Origin: Candidatus Pacebacteria bacterium CG_4_9_14_0_2_um_filter_40_15
Lineage (GTDB): Bacteria > Patescibacteriota > Microgenomatia > UBA1400 > PJMF01
Length of the DNA stretch: 64,000 nt
Direction of reading: 5' to 3'
Assembly: GCA_002788675.1 (NCBI GenBank)
Contig: PFRS01000001.1
Span: forward strand, 170,308 to 234,307
Each line of letters starts with the position of its first letter. Within the stretch, counting starts at the first letter, position 1. The notes under the pieces were generated by a model. That model was not told where the DNA came from. It worked only from the letters and a program-made list of their open reading frames with translations, and did not search any database. The translations under genes were made by a program, and so were the position numbers. Shown here in pieces: positions 1-9,572 of the stretch.

Positions 1-351
1 CTCTCTTCTACCGTGACCATGTAACATCACCACATTTTCTAACACTGTTTCTGGAATATTTCTCTCAGGTATTGCTGGCAATGTAATTTTATCCACCAGA
101 TAAATATGTGGCATGTCTGGCGCTACAATAACAGACTGTTCTAAGGCTTCATTAAAACGACTTGGAGGCCTTCCAACCATAATGGAACCGCCTATGAATG
201 GAATCTTCAGTTCTGAGTTAGGAACGGCAACAGTACTCTTTAAAGCTGCAAGTATTTTAGCAGTCTGACTCTCTTTTTCGTCTGTCTTTTCTTCGACTAT
301 TTCTTCTTCTGTCTCTTCTGAAGCATGTTTACCGATATGTTCACCTATCAT
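1..351 (-). CDS. hypothetical protein, partial (runs off window start)
   Basis: Minus-strand ATG at 351 (MIGEHIGKHASEETEEE...GHGRRE), open to position 1. An in-frame stop lies upstream at 382-384. AGAGGA sits about 15 nt upstream. Not in the ORF track because it is incomplete. No recognisable family. Confidence 0.3.
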   Translation of the reverse strand, partial: MIGEHIGKHASEETEEEIVEEKTDEKESQTAKILAALKSTVAVPNSELKIPFIGGSIMVGRPPSRFNEALEQSVIVAPDMPHIYLVDKITLPAIPERNIPETVLENVVMLHGHGRRE

Positions 352-456
352 CCTTTTAGTATACTGTCCTCTTGCTTCAGTTTAAACCGCTATTCTAAAA
401 TTGATGTGCAAACAATTTTTTCTGCATACTAGCAAGCAAAAACACAAATAAACCAC

Positions 457-485
457 TTGTAAAAAAAAACAATCAAGTATATAAT
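457..485 (+). promoter_or_regulatory. sigma70-like promoter TTGTAA-17nt-TATAAT upstream of rplJ
   Basis: TTGTAA at 457-462, 17-nt A-rich spacer, TATAAT at 480-485. It lies about 215 nt upstream of the rplJ start. Confidence 0.45.
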
Positions 486-702
486 TCCCTTCTAGTCTCC
501 AAAGACAGTGTGCACAGCCACAAAGGTTTTCCCAAACCCGGGCTCAGAAGTCATACCGAGGAACGATACAAAACTTTTGTTTTTCCCCTAGAGGGATCGT
601 CTTCACTCTTCACTTTTTTTGGAAACTACTTACAAGTTGAAACAACACGTTTGGAGCATACTCATGTGCCCGATCGATAAAGTAAATGAGTAGAAAGTAG
701 AT
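486..702 (+). promoter_or_regulatory. rplJ 5' leader (candidate L10(L12)4 autoregulatory leader)
   Basis: About 215-nt untranslated leader between the promoter and rplJ. Long structured leaders upstream of rplJ are the established site of L10 feedback regulation. The structure itself was not verified. Confidence 0.3.
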
Positions 703-1209
703 ATGCCAAGTCAAAAAAATCAAAAGCAGGTTGAAATGCTTAAAGCAAAATTTGATAACGCACAGTCTGTGGCCATTGTTGATTACTCTGGAACAACTGT
801 AAATGATCAAGTAACTTTAAGATCTGCAATCACTGCTGCAGGCGGTGAAATGCTCGTGGCTAAAAATACTCTTATCGACATCGCTGCCGGTAAAGGTAAT
901 CTTAGTGAATCACTTGAAGGTATGAACGCAGTTGTGTTCTCAAACACAGATGCTGTTGCTGCCATCAAGCAACTCTTCGCCTTTCACAAGGACGCAGATA
1001 AATTAACTATCAAGCAAGGAATGATGGACGGAAAAGTCCTCAGTTCTGCAGAAGTAGAAGCTCTCAGTAAGCTTCCAGGTAAAAACGAACTCATCGCGAT
1101 GCTGCTCAACCGCTTACAATCACCAGCTACTGGTCTTGTAAACGTTCTAAAAGCAGGTCAAAGAGACCTCGTCTATGCTCTTAAAGCAATCGCTGAGAAA
1201 GGTGCCTAA
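703..1209 (+). CDS. rplJ: 50S ribosomal protein L10
   Basis: 168 aa. Typical L10 sequence ([21 protein letters not shown]...[10 protein letters not shown]), immediately followed by rplL. Confidence 0.9.
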   Translation: MPSQKNQKQVEMLKAKFDNAQSVAIVDYSGTTVNDQVTLRSAITAAGGEMLVAKNTLIDIAAGKGNLSESLEGMNAVVFSNTDAVAAIKQLFAFHKDADKLTIKQGMMDGKVLSSAEVEALSKLPGKNELIAMLLNRLQSPATGLVNVLKAGQRDLVYALKAIAEKGA

Positions 1210-1289
1210 ATTGGCGCTACAGTACAAAGTAAATTAATAAGTAAAAGAATACAAAGCAAACCGACAATAATTCTTAAGAAAGGAAACAT

Positions 1290-1667
1290 ATGTCAGCAAA
1301 CGTAACAAAAATCGTTGATGCAGTTAAGGAACTCTCACTCGTTGAAGTTTCAGAACTCGTTAAAGCTCTCGAAGAAGAGTTTGGTGTAAGTGCAGCAGCT
1401 CCTATGATGATGGGTGCTATGCCAGCAGCAGCTGCAGAAGCAGTTGAAGAAAAGGACGAATTCGACGTCGTTCTCAAAGAAGCAGGATCTAACAAGATCG
1501 CAGCTATTAAAGCTGTTCGCGTTCTCAAGCCAGAACTCGGTCTTGGTGATGCTAAAACCTTCGTTGAATCAGCACCAAAGACTGTTCTCGAAGCAGCAAA
1601 CAAAGATGACGCAGAAGCAGCTAAGAAGTCTCTCGAAGAGGCAGGCTGTATCGTTGAACTCAAATAA
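1290..1667 (+). CDS. rplL: 50S ribosomal protein L7/L12
   Basis: 125 aa. N-terminal dimerisation helix, Ala/Pro/Met-rich hinge ([17 protein letters not shown]), C-terminal domain [29 protein letters not shown]...EAGC. GGAAACATATG RBS. Confidence 0.92.
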   Translation: MSANVTKIVDAVKELSLVEVSELVKALEEEFGVSAAAPMMMGAMPAAAAEAVEEKDEFDVVLKEAGSNKIAAIKAVRVLKPELGLGDAKTFVESAPKTVLEAANKDDAEAAKKSLEEAGCIVELK

Positions 1668-1700
1668 TTTGATTTCGCGTTTTTCGCTCAAAAATAAAAA

Positions 1701-1726
1701 ACCTCTCAGAAATGAGAGGTTTTTTA
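1701..1726 (+). terminator. rho-independent terminator after rplL
   Basis: CCTCTC-agaaatg-GAGAGG stem-loop followed by TTTTTT. Confidence 0.7.
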
Positions 1727-1827
1727 GTACGTATTTCACAAAAATTTCGCCTTGATCTACTAACTACCTTCCCTCCTCAAAAAAATCTGTCATACTCATA
1801 CATAAACATATAGATACTGAACCCCTC

Positions 1828-2547
1828 ATGCCACCAGAAGCCACTCAAATAAATCTTGAACGTTCACAAAAGTTAAATCAAGCTGCTAAAGAATCATTAG
1901 CTGCAATAGCAAATTGCTTAAAAATATCTCAACTCAATCAAGAAATTTCAGCAGCTGAAGTACAGCAACAACGGGGCAGTTTCAGCCAGGAAGTACTTGA
2001 TACATTACTCCAGAACGCTGAAACAAAACGAATGCACATTCAGGATAAAAATATGAGTACCTTCCTTTCAACAGTCGACGCTGTTGACCATGTTCCTGAC
2101 TTACGCCTCGTGGATGACGCTGCAATTGAAGCAACAAAAACTGGTCTTATCCGCGATGAAAACTACACGCAAATCAAAGAAGCAATTGAGCGTTTAAAAA
2201 TTGAGCTTCAAGACAGAAATGCACAACTAATCATTGCTGAACTTGTCACTCTTTCCAGCTGTACTGCTGTCAGAGATAGTCTAAAGCTACTTCCCATCGC
2301 ACAGAATTCAGAACTTATTAGAGCTGAAAACTTGCCAGCTATCAACCAACAAGCTGAGACACATAGTAAGAACTTGCAAGATAAAAAAACTGATGAGTAT
2401 ACAAAACGTATCCAAACTGCCAAATTACCTCAAGACCTTTTATCTCTCCAAAACCAAATAATCACAGACTACGAACAAGTCGAGATAACCAAAGAACAGT
2501 ATATTAGATTACTTGAAGAAATTCGTAATCATCCTGTTGTGCCTTAG
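1828..2547 (+). CDS. hypothetical protein, predicted coiled-coil, Q/E/L-rich
   Basis: 239-aa ORF with no recognisable catalytic motifs and a heptad-like composition. Confidence 0.45.
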   Translation: MPPEATQINLERSQKLNQAAKESLAAIANCLKISQLNQEISAAEVQQQRGSFSQEVLDTLLQNAETKRMHIQDKNMSTFLSTVDAVDHVPDLRLVDDAAIEATKTGLIRDENYTQIKEAIERLKIELQDRNAQLIIAELVTLSSCTAVRDSLKLLPIAQNSELIRAENLPAINQQAETHSKNLQDKKTDEYTKRIQTAKLPQDLLSLQNQIITDYEQVEITKEQYIRLLEEIRNHPVVP

Positions 2548-2851
2548 CCTGAAAGCGACAACTCAGTTTCAGCACATTTTTGCACATCCTCATGTGGTGT
2601 ATAATTCAAAAAACAGAAATATACCTATGGAACGAACAAAATACCCTCACGATCGCAATAAATATTCTCAATTATTCGCACTTGCAAAAGAATCGTTTCA
2701 AGCGGGAGATGCCGATGGACTTGAAACGTATATATCTCAAGCAAACTCACTCTATTCAGAAGGGTATATGACTCGCCAAGAAAAAAAAGACATCACAAAA
2801 TTGGTACACATCTTTTTAGATGTGCTGCTCCACCCTTTCAACGATATATAA
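2513..2851 (+). CDS. hypothetical small protein with signal-peptide-like N-terminus
   Basis: MKKFVIILLCLSLKA looks like a signal peptide. It overlaps the upstream ORF by 35 nt. An alternative ATG lies at 2627. Confidence 0.35.
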   Translation: MKKFVIILLCLSLKATTQFQHIFAHPHVVYNSKNRNIPMERTKYPHDRNKYSQLFALAKESFQAGDADGLETYISQANSLYSEGYMTRQEKKDITKLVHIFLDVLLHPFNDI

Positions 2852-3163
2852 CACTTTTCTCTTCTCAAGTAGCACCCTTATCCGTAGTAAACACAAATGT
2901 TCTTATTATTTTGTTTTTTTCGAGTATTTTCCCATTGTTTTCCACAGTTAAAAAATTATTGGATGTGACGAATTACATTATAAGACTTTTATGTGGATAA
3001 TATCTAACAGCATCAAATGCTAGCAAATTGCCCATTGACCCACTTCATTCCACTCTGCTACCTTTAATGGTACATACGTTAGTGTTTGTATCACTTCTCA
3101 CCGGAAAGTTAAGATACTCAAGACAAACATTTTGTATCAAGTAATAGCAATAAAGAAAGCAGC

Positions 3164-3433
3164 ATGAACTCACAAACAGTGACACCAAATGTTTCAGAAG
3201 ATGACAAAAAAACCGGTCGAGCAAACGATGCAACAAAGTTAGACATCAATAACCTTCCGGATCTTCTTACCGTACGAGAGGTCGCTGACTTGCTACGAGT
3301 CTCACCGCTCACCATTAAACGATGGGGAAAGCGCGGCAAGCTTCCTGCTATTCGCATCAACTCTCGAGGTGATCGACGTTACAAGAAAGAAGCCGTTCTC
3401 TGGCTTCTTGGAGTCACTCCAGAAGAAGAATAG
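3164..3433 (+). CDS. excisionase/Xis-family helix-turn-helix DNA-binding protein
   Basis: LTVREVADLLRVSPLTIKRWGKRGKLPAIRINSRGDRRYKKEAV matches the excisionase-family HTH_17-type motif. Stand-alone 89-aa protein. Confidence 0.6.
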   Translation: MNSQTVTPNVSEDDKKTGRANDATKLDINNLPDLLTVREVADLLRVSPLTIKRWGKRGKLPAIRINSRGDRRYKKEAVLWLLGVTPEEE

Positions 3434-3460
3434 ACGCTCCTCTACCATTGCAAAATAAGA

Positions 3461-3484
3461 AGCCCCTCAAATGAGGGGCTTTTG
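3461..3484. terminator. bidirectional intrinsic terminator between the HTH gene (+) and the glycosyltransferase (-)
   Basis: AGCCCCTC-aaat-GAGGGGCT hairpin with TTT on the plus side and an A-run upstream that serves the minus strand. Confidence 0.5.
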
Positions 3485-3513
3485 AATTTCTATTAAATAG
3501 TTCATGAGTGAAT

Positions 3514-4329
3514 TTACAAACCCACTAGATCCCGTAAAACCAGCTTGATAAACGTAATCAAGCTCAGTTGTCTTCTCCAGCGCCAGGGCTCTTGAATAAG
3601 GCGGTACAGCCACTCAAGACCTATTGTTCGCATGAAGGCTGGTGCTCTCTGTACTTTTCCAAGTAACATATCAAAGGCACCGCCAACAACCATTGCCAGC
3701 TGCACACCATTCTTTTCAAGAAATGCACGATTATCACTAATCCACTGTTCTTGTGCTGGTGCACCAAGTGCTATAAAAACAACATCAGGTAAAACTTTTT
3801 GTATACAATCTTTAACAGCAGTGTGTTCAACAGTTGTGGGAGCCAAAGCATTCACATACCCACTCGTCCACCAAAGTGTCTGACCACTCACTTTAGAAGC
3901 AGATTTAGGTCCAACATCCACCGGGCACTCCCGAATCTGCCACTGTAAATAGTTTAGATTGTTATAAGATACTCCCCCAATCACCATAACAGTCGCTTTT
4001 TTGTCTTTAGCCTGGGAGAGGATTTTCTTAACGAGGTCTACGCCTGGGATACGTTCTTTGATTTTGTCGCCCCTTCCCACCAGACTAAATAGCCTGGAGG
4101 CAACTACGAGACCAATGCCATCGGGTACTAAGTAGTCCGCCTGGCACAAAACTTTGGCGAAGCTCTTGTTGTTTTGTGCAAGCACAATTTGTTCAGGATT
4201 TGGAGTGAAAAGCGTGACCAACTGCTTTTTTTTGTTTGGTAAAATAGCTATTTTTTCTAGCAGATCGCTCACTCGATTGCTATAAAGGTTTAAATAGGAT
4301 AAAAAGTTTGATTTGTCTGTGTTTTTCAT
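3514..4329 (-). CDS. WecB/TagA/CpsF-family (GT26) glycosyltransferase
   Basis: 271 aa. The C-terminal LEWLYRLIQEPWRWRRQ motif is characteristic of WecG/TagA UDP-ManNAc(A) transferases. Confidence 0.8.
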   Translation of the reverse strand: MKNTDKSNFLSYLNLYSNRVSDLLEKIAILPNKKKQLVTLFTPNPEQIVLAQNNKSFAKVLCQADYLVPDGIGLVVASRLFSLVGRGDKIKERIPGVDLVKKILSQAKDKKATVMVIGGVSYNNLNYLQWQIRECPVDVGPKSASKVSGQTLWWTSGYVNALAPTTVEHTAVKDCIQKVLPDVVFIALGAPAQEQWISDNRAFLEKNGVQLAMVVGGAFDMLLGKVQRAPAFMRTIGLEWLYRLIQEPWRWRRQLSLITFIKLVLRDLVGL

Positions 4330-4807
4330 TGATCTTAGTAAGCATTAAAAAATACAAATACCCAAAACAAAAACGAATAAAAATGCGACTTTTTGCCAGT
4401 CAGTCGATCAAAATATTTTGAGCAACTATGTTGCATTAGTAACACTTTTGTAGTGGTGCTTCCTTATATTGTACACTATGCAAACCTTCGTATATTGTTC
4501 GCGTTATAATTGTGGGACTATTGTCAAACCATATAAAACACGAAGGAAACAGCCATCTGTTGTGCAATGCAGGGCTCCCCTCTTTTCACAGTACCCTCTT
4601 TTTACTGCTTTTAGAGTACATATTATCCAGATGTGTGAACACATTTTCTCATTTTTTTCATTTTCACAATCAGTTTCAAAGGCAGATACATCATCAAATT
4701 GACTTAAAATGAATACACTGACGCCAACCGAGCCTAACCAGACCGAAACATCTTGGTAGCAACCAGGCAGACTCTAGCAGTAGTCGATTTTGAGCGAACA
4801 TACTATA

Positions 4808-6217
4808 ATGAGCTCAAGAAAGCCACCTATGACTGTCAACGAACTTCGAAATCGCTACCCAACATTTCATTTCAGCTCGTGCAAGCACGAACTTTCCGAT
4901 CTTGGTCTGGAAGTCACATTTACCTACTCACTTGAAGACGAGCACACCTTTCATCACAAGGTTATTTTTCATGCTGTCACCCAAGACCTCCTGCAACAGA
5001 TTTCATCCGACGAACTAGATACCTATCTACTCACTATTGGCCTTTCCGAAATGCTCAACTACTGGAAACTAACTGCAAGTCCAAAGGTGCATATTTCAGC
5101 CGTATCACTTTCAGCCACACAACTGGCCTGGTGGAAAGATCTCCTGATTCAAGGCCTGGGCGAATATTTCTATGTAAACCAAATCAAGTTTACCGACCCT
5201 GACTTTGTTACCTTTACGTGCCAAACACCAGCAACACAAGATATTCCACTTAAAAAGGCCATAATTCCTACGTTCAGTACCCCAAAAGTACTCATTCCCG
5301 TTGGTGGTGGCAAAGATTCTGCCGTGACCCTTTCTCTAATTGGCGCAACTGTTCCAGATTCCGCAGGATTTATGGTGAACGCCATTCCTTCTGCGGTTGA
5401 AACCCTTGCCGTCAGCCCAATCAAAACAAAAGTAACCGTGACTCGCATCCTCGATCCACACATGCTAGAGCTTAACTCTCAAGGATTTTTAAATGGGCAT
5501 GTGCCTATTTCATCTGTGTTAGCCTCTATGAGCGTGTTTGCAGGCAGAGTTTTTGGCTATACTCACGTGACCATTTCAAATGAACGCAGCTCTAATGAAG
5601 GCAACATCTTCTACTGCGACCGAGACATAAACCATCAGTACTCTAAAACGTTTGCGTTTGAAGAGAGCTTTACCAGCTATTGCCAAACCTATTTACCTCA
5701 AGAAACCCCTCATTATTTTTCATTCCTCAGACCAATCTACGAACTCCAAATTGCCAAAATATTTGCTCAATTCCCCGAGTACCACGCCCTATTTAGAAGC
5801 TGCAATCGTGGCCAAAAAAACAATTCTTGGTGTGGCGAGTGTTCAAAATGTCTGTTTGCCTACAGCATCATGGTGCCGTTCCTCGGCAAAGAGAAAACCG
5901 CTGAATACTTTGGTAAAGATATGTTCCAAGATACAACACTCTACTACCTAGCAGAAGAATTACTTGGAGTTGGCGAAAAGAAACCATTCGAATGCGTAGG
6001 CACGCATGAAGAAACTATCTGTGCCTTCTACTTAGCCACAAAACAATATCAAGGTGAAACCCTACCACCACTTCTTGCCCTTGTACAAGAAAAAATTCTC
6101 CGTTCAGAAACAGAGTTAGAAGCACGTACTCAAGCAATTTTTGACGGCTGGAATCTCCAACATCTTATTCCTGCACAATTTGAAACTCTCCTAAAGGAAC
6201 ATACCCATGTCGAATGA
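4808..6217 (+). CDS. PP-loop (GGGKDS) ATP-pyrophosphatase superfamily protein, candidate MurL-like partner of MurD
   Basis: IPVGGGKDSAV PP-loop motif and CGECSKC cysteine cluster. The ORF can start at TTG 4790 or ATG 4808. Its 3' end overlaps murD by 11 nt, indicating translational coupling. Confidence 0.55.
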   Translation: MSSRKPPMTVNELRNRYPTFHFSSCKHELSDLGLEVTFTYSLEDEHTFHHKVIFHAVTQDLLQQISSDELDTYLLTIGLSEMLNYWKLTASPKVHISAVSLSATQLAWWKDLLIQGLGEYFYVNQIKFTDPDFVTFTCQTPATQDIPLKKAIIPTFSTPKVLIPVGGGKDSAVTLSLIGATVPDSAGFMVNAIPSAVETLAVSPIKTKVTVTRILDPHMLELNSQGFLNGHVPISSVLASMSVFAGRVFGYTHVTISNERSSNEGNIFYCDRDINHQYSKTFAFEESFTSYCQTYLPQETPHYFSFLRPIYELQIAKIFAQFPEYHALFRSCNRGQKNNSWCGECSKCLFAYSIMVPFLGKEKTAEYFGKDMFQDTTLYYLAEELLGVGEKKPFECVGTHEETICAFYLATKQYQGETLPPLLALVQEKILRSETELEARTQAIFDGWNLQHLIPAQFETLLKEHTHVE

Positions 6218-7574
6218 AGCTTCAGATACAACGATTATCTTAGGTCTTGGTCGGGAGGGCCTCTCAACAGCACGCTACCTACTTTCCAAACATAACAACC
6301 TTTCGCTGCTCCTTCTTGACGAGAAACCACTTTCTGAACTAGAGCCAGAATGGCAAAAATTAGTTGAAAAAGACACTATCTCGTTTGCACAAACTGTGCC
6401 AACTGAAACAGAATCGCCATTAGTCTATTGTGCGCCAGGCATTCCTCCGCACAATCCACTCTATAAGGCACTTGAAGCAAAAAATGCAGTGTTTACCTCA
6501 AACCTTGAACTCTTCTGTACCACTATAAGTCAAGAATATGCAAAAGTTATAACAATTGGAGTCACTGGCACCAAGGGTAAAAGCACTACATCTGCACTTC
6601 TTTACCATGTCTTACAAACGGCTGGCTTTTCTGTGTCATATGCTGGTAATGTGGGCATTCCTGCACTCGATATTCTGCCTGAAATTTCAGCTGAAGAAAC
6701 ACACTATGTTGTGCTCGAACTTTCAAGTCATCAGCTCGGAAGAATCAATACTAGTCCAAATATAGCCGTGGTACAAAATATTGTCCCAGAACATTTAGAC
6801 TACTATGGCACTTTCGAAAACTATCTTGCTGCTAAAATGAACATTGCTAAACATCAAACTGATCACGATCGCATCATCTACTCTCTCGATTTTGAAACAA
6901 GTGCCCAAGTAGCAGCACTCAGTCCCGGTAAAAAATATGGATACAGTCTAGAAAATCCAAATACTAACGAGGTATCTCAGCGCGTTCTTCAACAAATCAA
7001 AGCAAGTAATACTAAATTAATTGGTCAGCATAACCGTTACAATATTGCGCCCAGCATCATCATTGGAGAAGTTCTTGGCATAGATGCTGATCTGATTCAC
7101 ACTGCCTTGGAATCATTCCAACCTCTCTCTCATCGCCTAGAAATGGTGCCCAGCGATGATGGAGTTCTCTATATAAACGACTCACTTGCAACTACTCCAG
7201 AAGCTACCATCGCTGCTATCGATGCATTTATAGATAAACAAATCATTTTAATCTCAGGTGGGTATGATAGATCGCTTGATTTTTTCGATTTAGCAAAAAA
7301 AATTGTCACTACTCGAACTATTAAAGCTATCATTCTCTTTCCTCCCACTGGTGAAAATATTGCAAACTTCATGTATAAAATTAACCCCGATTCAGCAGTC
7401 TTAAAAACAAGCTACTTTAAAGTTGAATCCATGTCTGAAGCAGTCCATATCGCCAAAAAAATGGCCCGTAAAGACGACGTTGTACTTATGAGCCCTGCGG
7501 CTGCCAGCTTTGGTAGATTTAGAGATTACGCAGATCGTGGTAATCAATTTAAGCGCTATGTACAAGGAAACTAA
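6207..7574 (+). CDS. murD: UDP-N-acetylmuramoyl-L-alanine--glutamate ligase (MurD or MurD2-type)
   Basis: 455 aa. Mur ligase P-loop GVTGTKGKSTTSAL and a C-terminal Mur ligase domain. Confidence 0.85.
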   Translation: MSNEASDTTIILGLGREGLSTARYLLSKHNNLSLLLLDEKPLSELEPEWQKLVEKDTISFAQTVPTETESPLVYCAPGIPPHNPLYKALEAKNAVFTSNLELFCTTISQEYAKVITIGVTGTKGKSTTSALLYHVLQTAGFSVSYAGNVGIPALDILPEISAEETHYVVLELSSHQLGRINTSPNIAVVQNIVPEHLDYYGTFENYLAAKMNIAKHQTDHDRIIYSLDFETSAQVAALSPGKKYGYSLENPNTNEVSQRVLQQIKASNTKLIGQHNRYNIAPSIIIGEVLGIDADLIHTALESFQPLSHRLEMVPSDDGVLYINDSLATTPEATIAAIDAFIDKQIILISGGYDRSLDFFDLAKKIVTTRTIKAIILFPPTGENIANFMYKINPDSAVLKTSYFKVESMSEAVHIAKKMARKDDVVLMSPAAASFGRFRDYADRGNQFKRYVQGN

Positions 7575-8283
7575 TTCCCTTGTGATCCGACACTCCTTCA
7601 AGCATTCCGAGCACTTCAATGTCATAAGGTTCTTGATAAAAAACCGTATCAACAACGAGCTCAAGTGCCCCCGCATGATGCAGAGAACCATCAATGGTCG
7701 TGGTAATATTCTTTGGTAAGCCATCTATATAGATACTCTCAAATTGTGAAAAAGTCTCTTTTCCTCGAGCTGAATTAAAATCACCACAGAGTACATGCGA
7801 CGGAAAATCCGCAACTTGTTTTTTCAGTTCAGCAAAATCTCGTGCCTGTTCTTCTGAACTTTCACCATCACCCGTCCAAGTAAAATGTGTGGTTCCAATG
7901 GACATGAGCTGACCACTTCTTGAGTAAAATTTTCCCATAAGTATGCCTCGGTCAACTGAGTTTGGAGTGCTAAATTTGGGAATATTACCCACACCTTTGT
8001 AATAGTGATGCGAATATTCTTCGTGATCTAAGTGACTAAACAGTGCAACTCCCCAAGGACCGCGAGGACTAATTGAGTAGGGATTTGGCTCATCGATAGA
8101 TGTCATGGGTAAAAATTCATACTGACCAAGTGAAAAACCAAGTTGAATTGCCAAACCAGGGAGATCAGCTGCAAATATTTCCTGAAAACAAATTACCTCA
8201 GGGTTAATTCTATTAATGACTGGAACAAAACGATCAAAATGCTGATCGCCTTCAATATTAAGAGTTACAACTGAAATTGCCAT
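7549..8283 (-). CDS. endonuclease/exonuclease/phosphatase (EEP) family protein
   Basis: MAISVVTLNIEGDQH...ICFQE...GDFNS core motifs. Start chosen at the internal ATG 8283, preceded by an AAGGAAAAAT RBS. The upstream in-frame extension to 8448 lacks an RBS. Confidence 0.6.
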   Translation of the reverse strand: MAISVVTLNIEGDQHFDRFVPVINRINPEVICFQEIFAADLPGLAIQLGFSLGQYEFLPMTSIDEPNPYSISPRGPWGVALFSHLDHEEYSHHYYKGVGNIPKFSTPNSVDRGILMGKFYSRSGQLMSIGTTHFTWTGDGESSEEQARDFAELKKQVADFPSHVLCGDFNSARGKETFSQFESIYIDGLPKNITTTIDGSLHHAGALELVVDTVFYQEPYDIEVLGMLEGVSDHKGISFLVHSA

Positions 8284-8391
8284 ATTTTTCCTTCTTAGAC
8301 TCAAACTTGTCTCACCGTCTATTCTGCCACAAAGCAAACCAAATGAGAACTTTCTATTGATCAAAGCATTTGCAAGCGGGACAGAAACACT

Positions 8392-8517
8392 CGTATAGTC
8401 GGTGATGTCTTTTCTGCAACCTGACGATAGTAGATGGAGCAACACCACGTATAGTCGGTGAGTCTTTTCTGCGACCTGACGTTAGTAGATGAAGAAAGGA
8501 TGACTCACCGACTATAC
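8392..8517. repeat. tandem 44-45-bp direct repeat plus 16-bp-stem hairpin overlapping the mreB stop codon
   Basis: Unit CGTATAGTCGGTGA(T)GTCTTTTCTGC(A/G)ACCTGACG(A/T)TAGTAGATG occurs at 8392-8436 and 8448-8491. Its inverted partner GACTCACCGACTATAC at 8502-8517 pairs with 8449-8464. Confidence 0.6.
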
Positions 8518-9527
8518 CCCAAACTCTGCTTAAACTCATCCAAATTCTCAAGTGCAGTACCAATACCTTTAATCACCGCTTCAGCTGGATCGTCCACAAT
8601 CGAAACCGGAACACCTAGCCTATCCGTTAAGTGTTGGCTCAGACCATCAAGATCAGCCCCACCGCCTGAAACTAAAATACCTTTATCAACAATATCAACG
8701 GTGAGTTCTGGTGGAATAGTAGTTAACATATCCTTAATGAGGTACTCATACTCATCAAATACCTTAAGCGTTTGAGCAGCCAAATCTTGAGTATTCACTT
8801 TTATCTCACGTGGGTTGCCTTTAATGCTATCTTTACCTGCAACAAGGAGATTTTTTTGCACAGATTTGTCGAGAGATACTAAAGATCTCTTTAATTTTTC
8901 AGCAGTTTCAAAGGCAACGGTGAACTCTTTTTTGCGCCTGAGTTCATACTGCAAACGCTCTGTGAAGTAATCCCCTGCCTTGTAGGTAGTTGCTGAAGCA
9001 ATCATACTACCAAGTGAAATAACTGCTGCTTCAACGACTCCAGAACCGAGTTGCAGCAAAATCGTGCCAGATGCATCGGCAATTGGCACACCTGCACCAA
9101 TAGAAGCTGCCAATGGTTGAGAGACGGTATACACTTCGCTCGCTCCAACACTGTAGAGTAAATCTGATAGTATCTGCTGACTCACCTCAGTTTTGTTTGC
9201 GGGTACACTGGCCATAATTTTTTTGCTGGCAAACGGCACTTTCGAAGTAACGCGTTGTAAATAAATCCTCAGCAAGGCCTGTGCAGAGTGAAAGTCATAC
9301 ACCATACCTTCTTTTATTGGCTGAAGAACTACTACTCCTTTGAGCACTCGTCCTCGCATAGCTGCTGCTTCTGCTCCAACGGCAACAACTTTTTTGCTAA
9401 CAGTTTCAACAGCTAAGAAAGCTGGCTCACGAAGCAACACTCCTTCTGAAGGAGTCCAAATACGGATCATACTTGATCCAAGATCAATGCCAATCTGCTG
9501 TGAAAAGAGGCGTGAAATGCTAGACAT
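8505..9527 (-). CDS. mreB: MreB-like actin-family rod-shape protein (divergent)
   Basis: IGIDLGSSMIRIW phosphate-1 motif and GILVSGGGADLDGLSQHLTDRLGVPVSIVDDPAEAVIKGIG phosphate-2/adenosine motifs. Confidence 0.8.
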   Translation of the reverse strand: MSSISRLFSQQIGIDLGSSMIRIWTPSEGVLLREPAFLAVETVSKKVVAVGAEAAAMRGRVLKGVVVLQPIKEGMVYDFHSAQALLRIYLQRVTSKVPFASKKIMASVPANKTEVSQQILSDLLYSVGASEVYTVSQPLAASIGAGVPIADASGTILLQLGSGVVEAAVISLGSMIASATTYKAGDYFTERLQYELRRKKEFTVAFETAEKLKRSLVSLDKSVQKNLLVAGKDSIKGNPREIKVNTQDLAAQTLKVFDEYEYLIKDMLTTIPPELTVDIVDKGILVSGGGADLDGLSQHLTDRLGVPVSIVDDPAEAVIKGIGTALENLDEFKQSLGYSR

Positions 9528-9572
9528 ATCCTAAAGATTTCCTTTTGTGTGCTTTCCCTATATAATACGGGT

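Noticed and set aside
1274-1755. ORFs 1274..1663 (-) and 1414..1755 (+) overlapping rplL
   Set aside because: They are alternative-frame or antisense reads of a highly expressed, well-recognised rplL gene. Composition is low-complexity (Ser/Ala/Lys runs), and the second runs through the rplL terminator.
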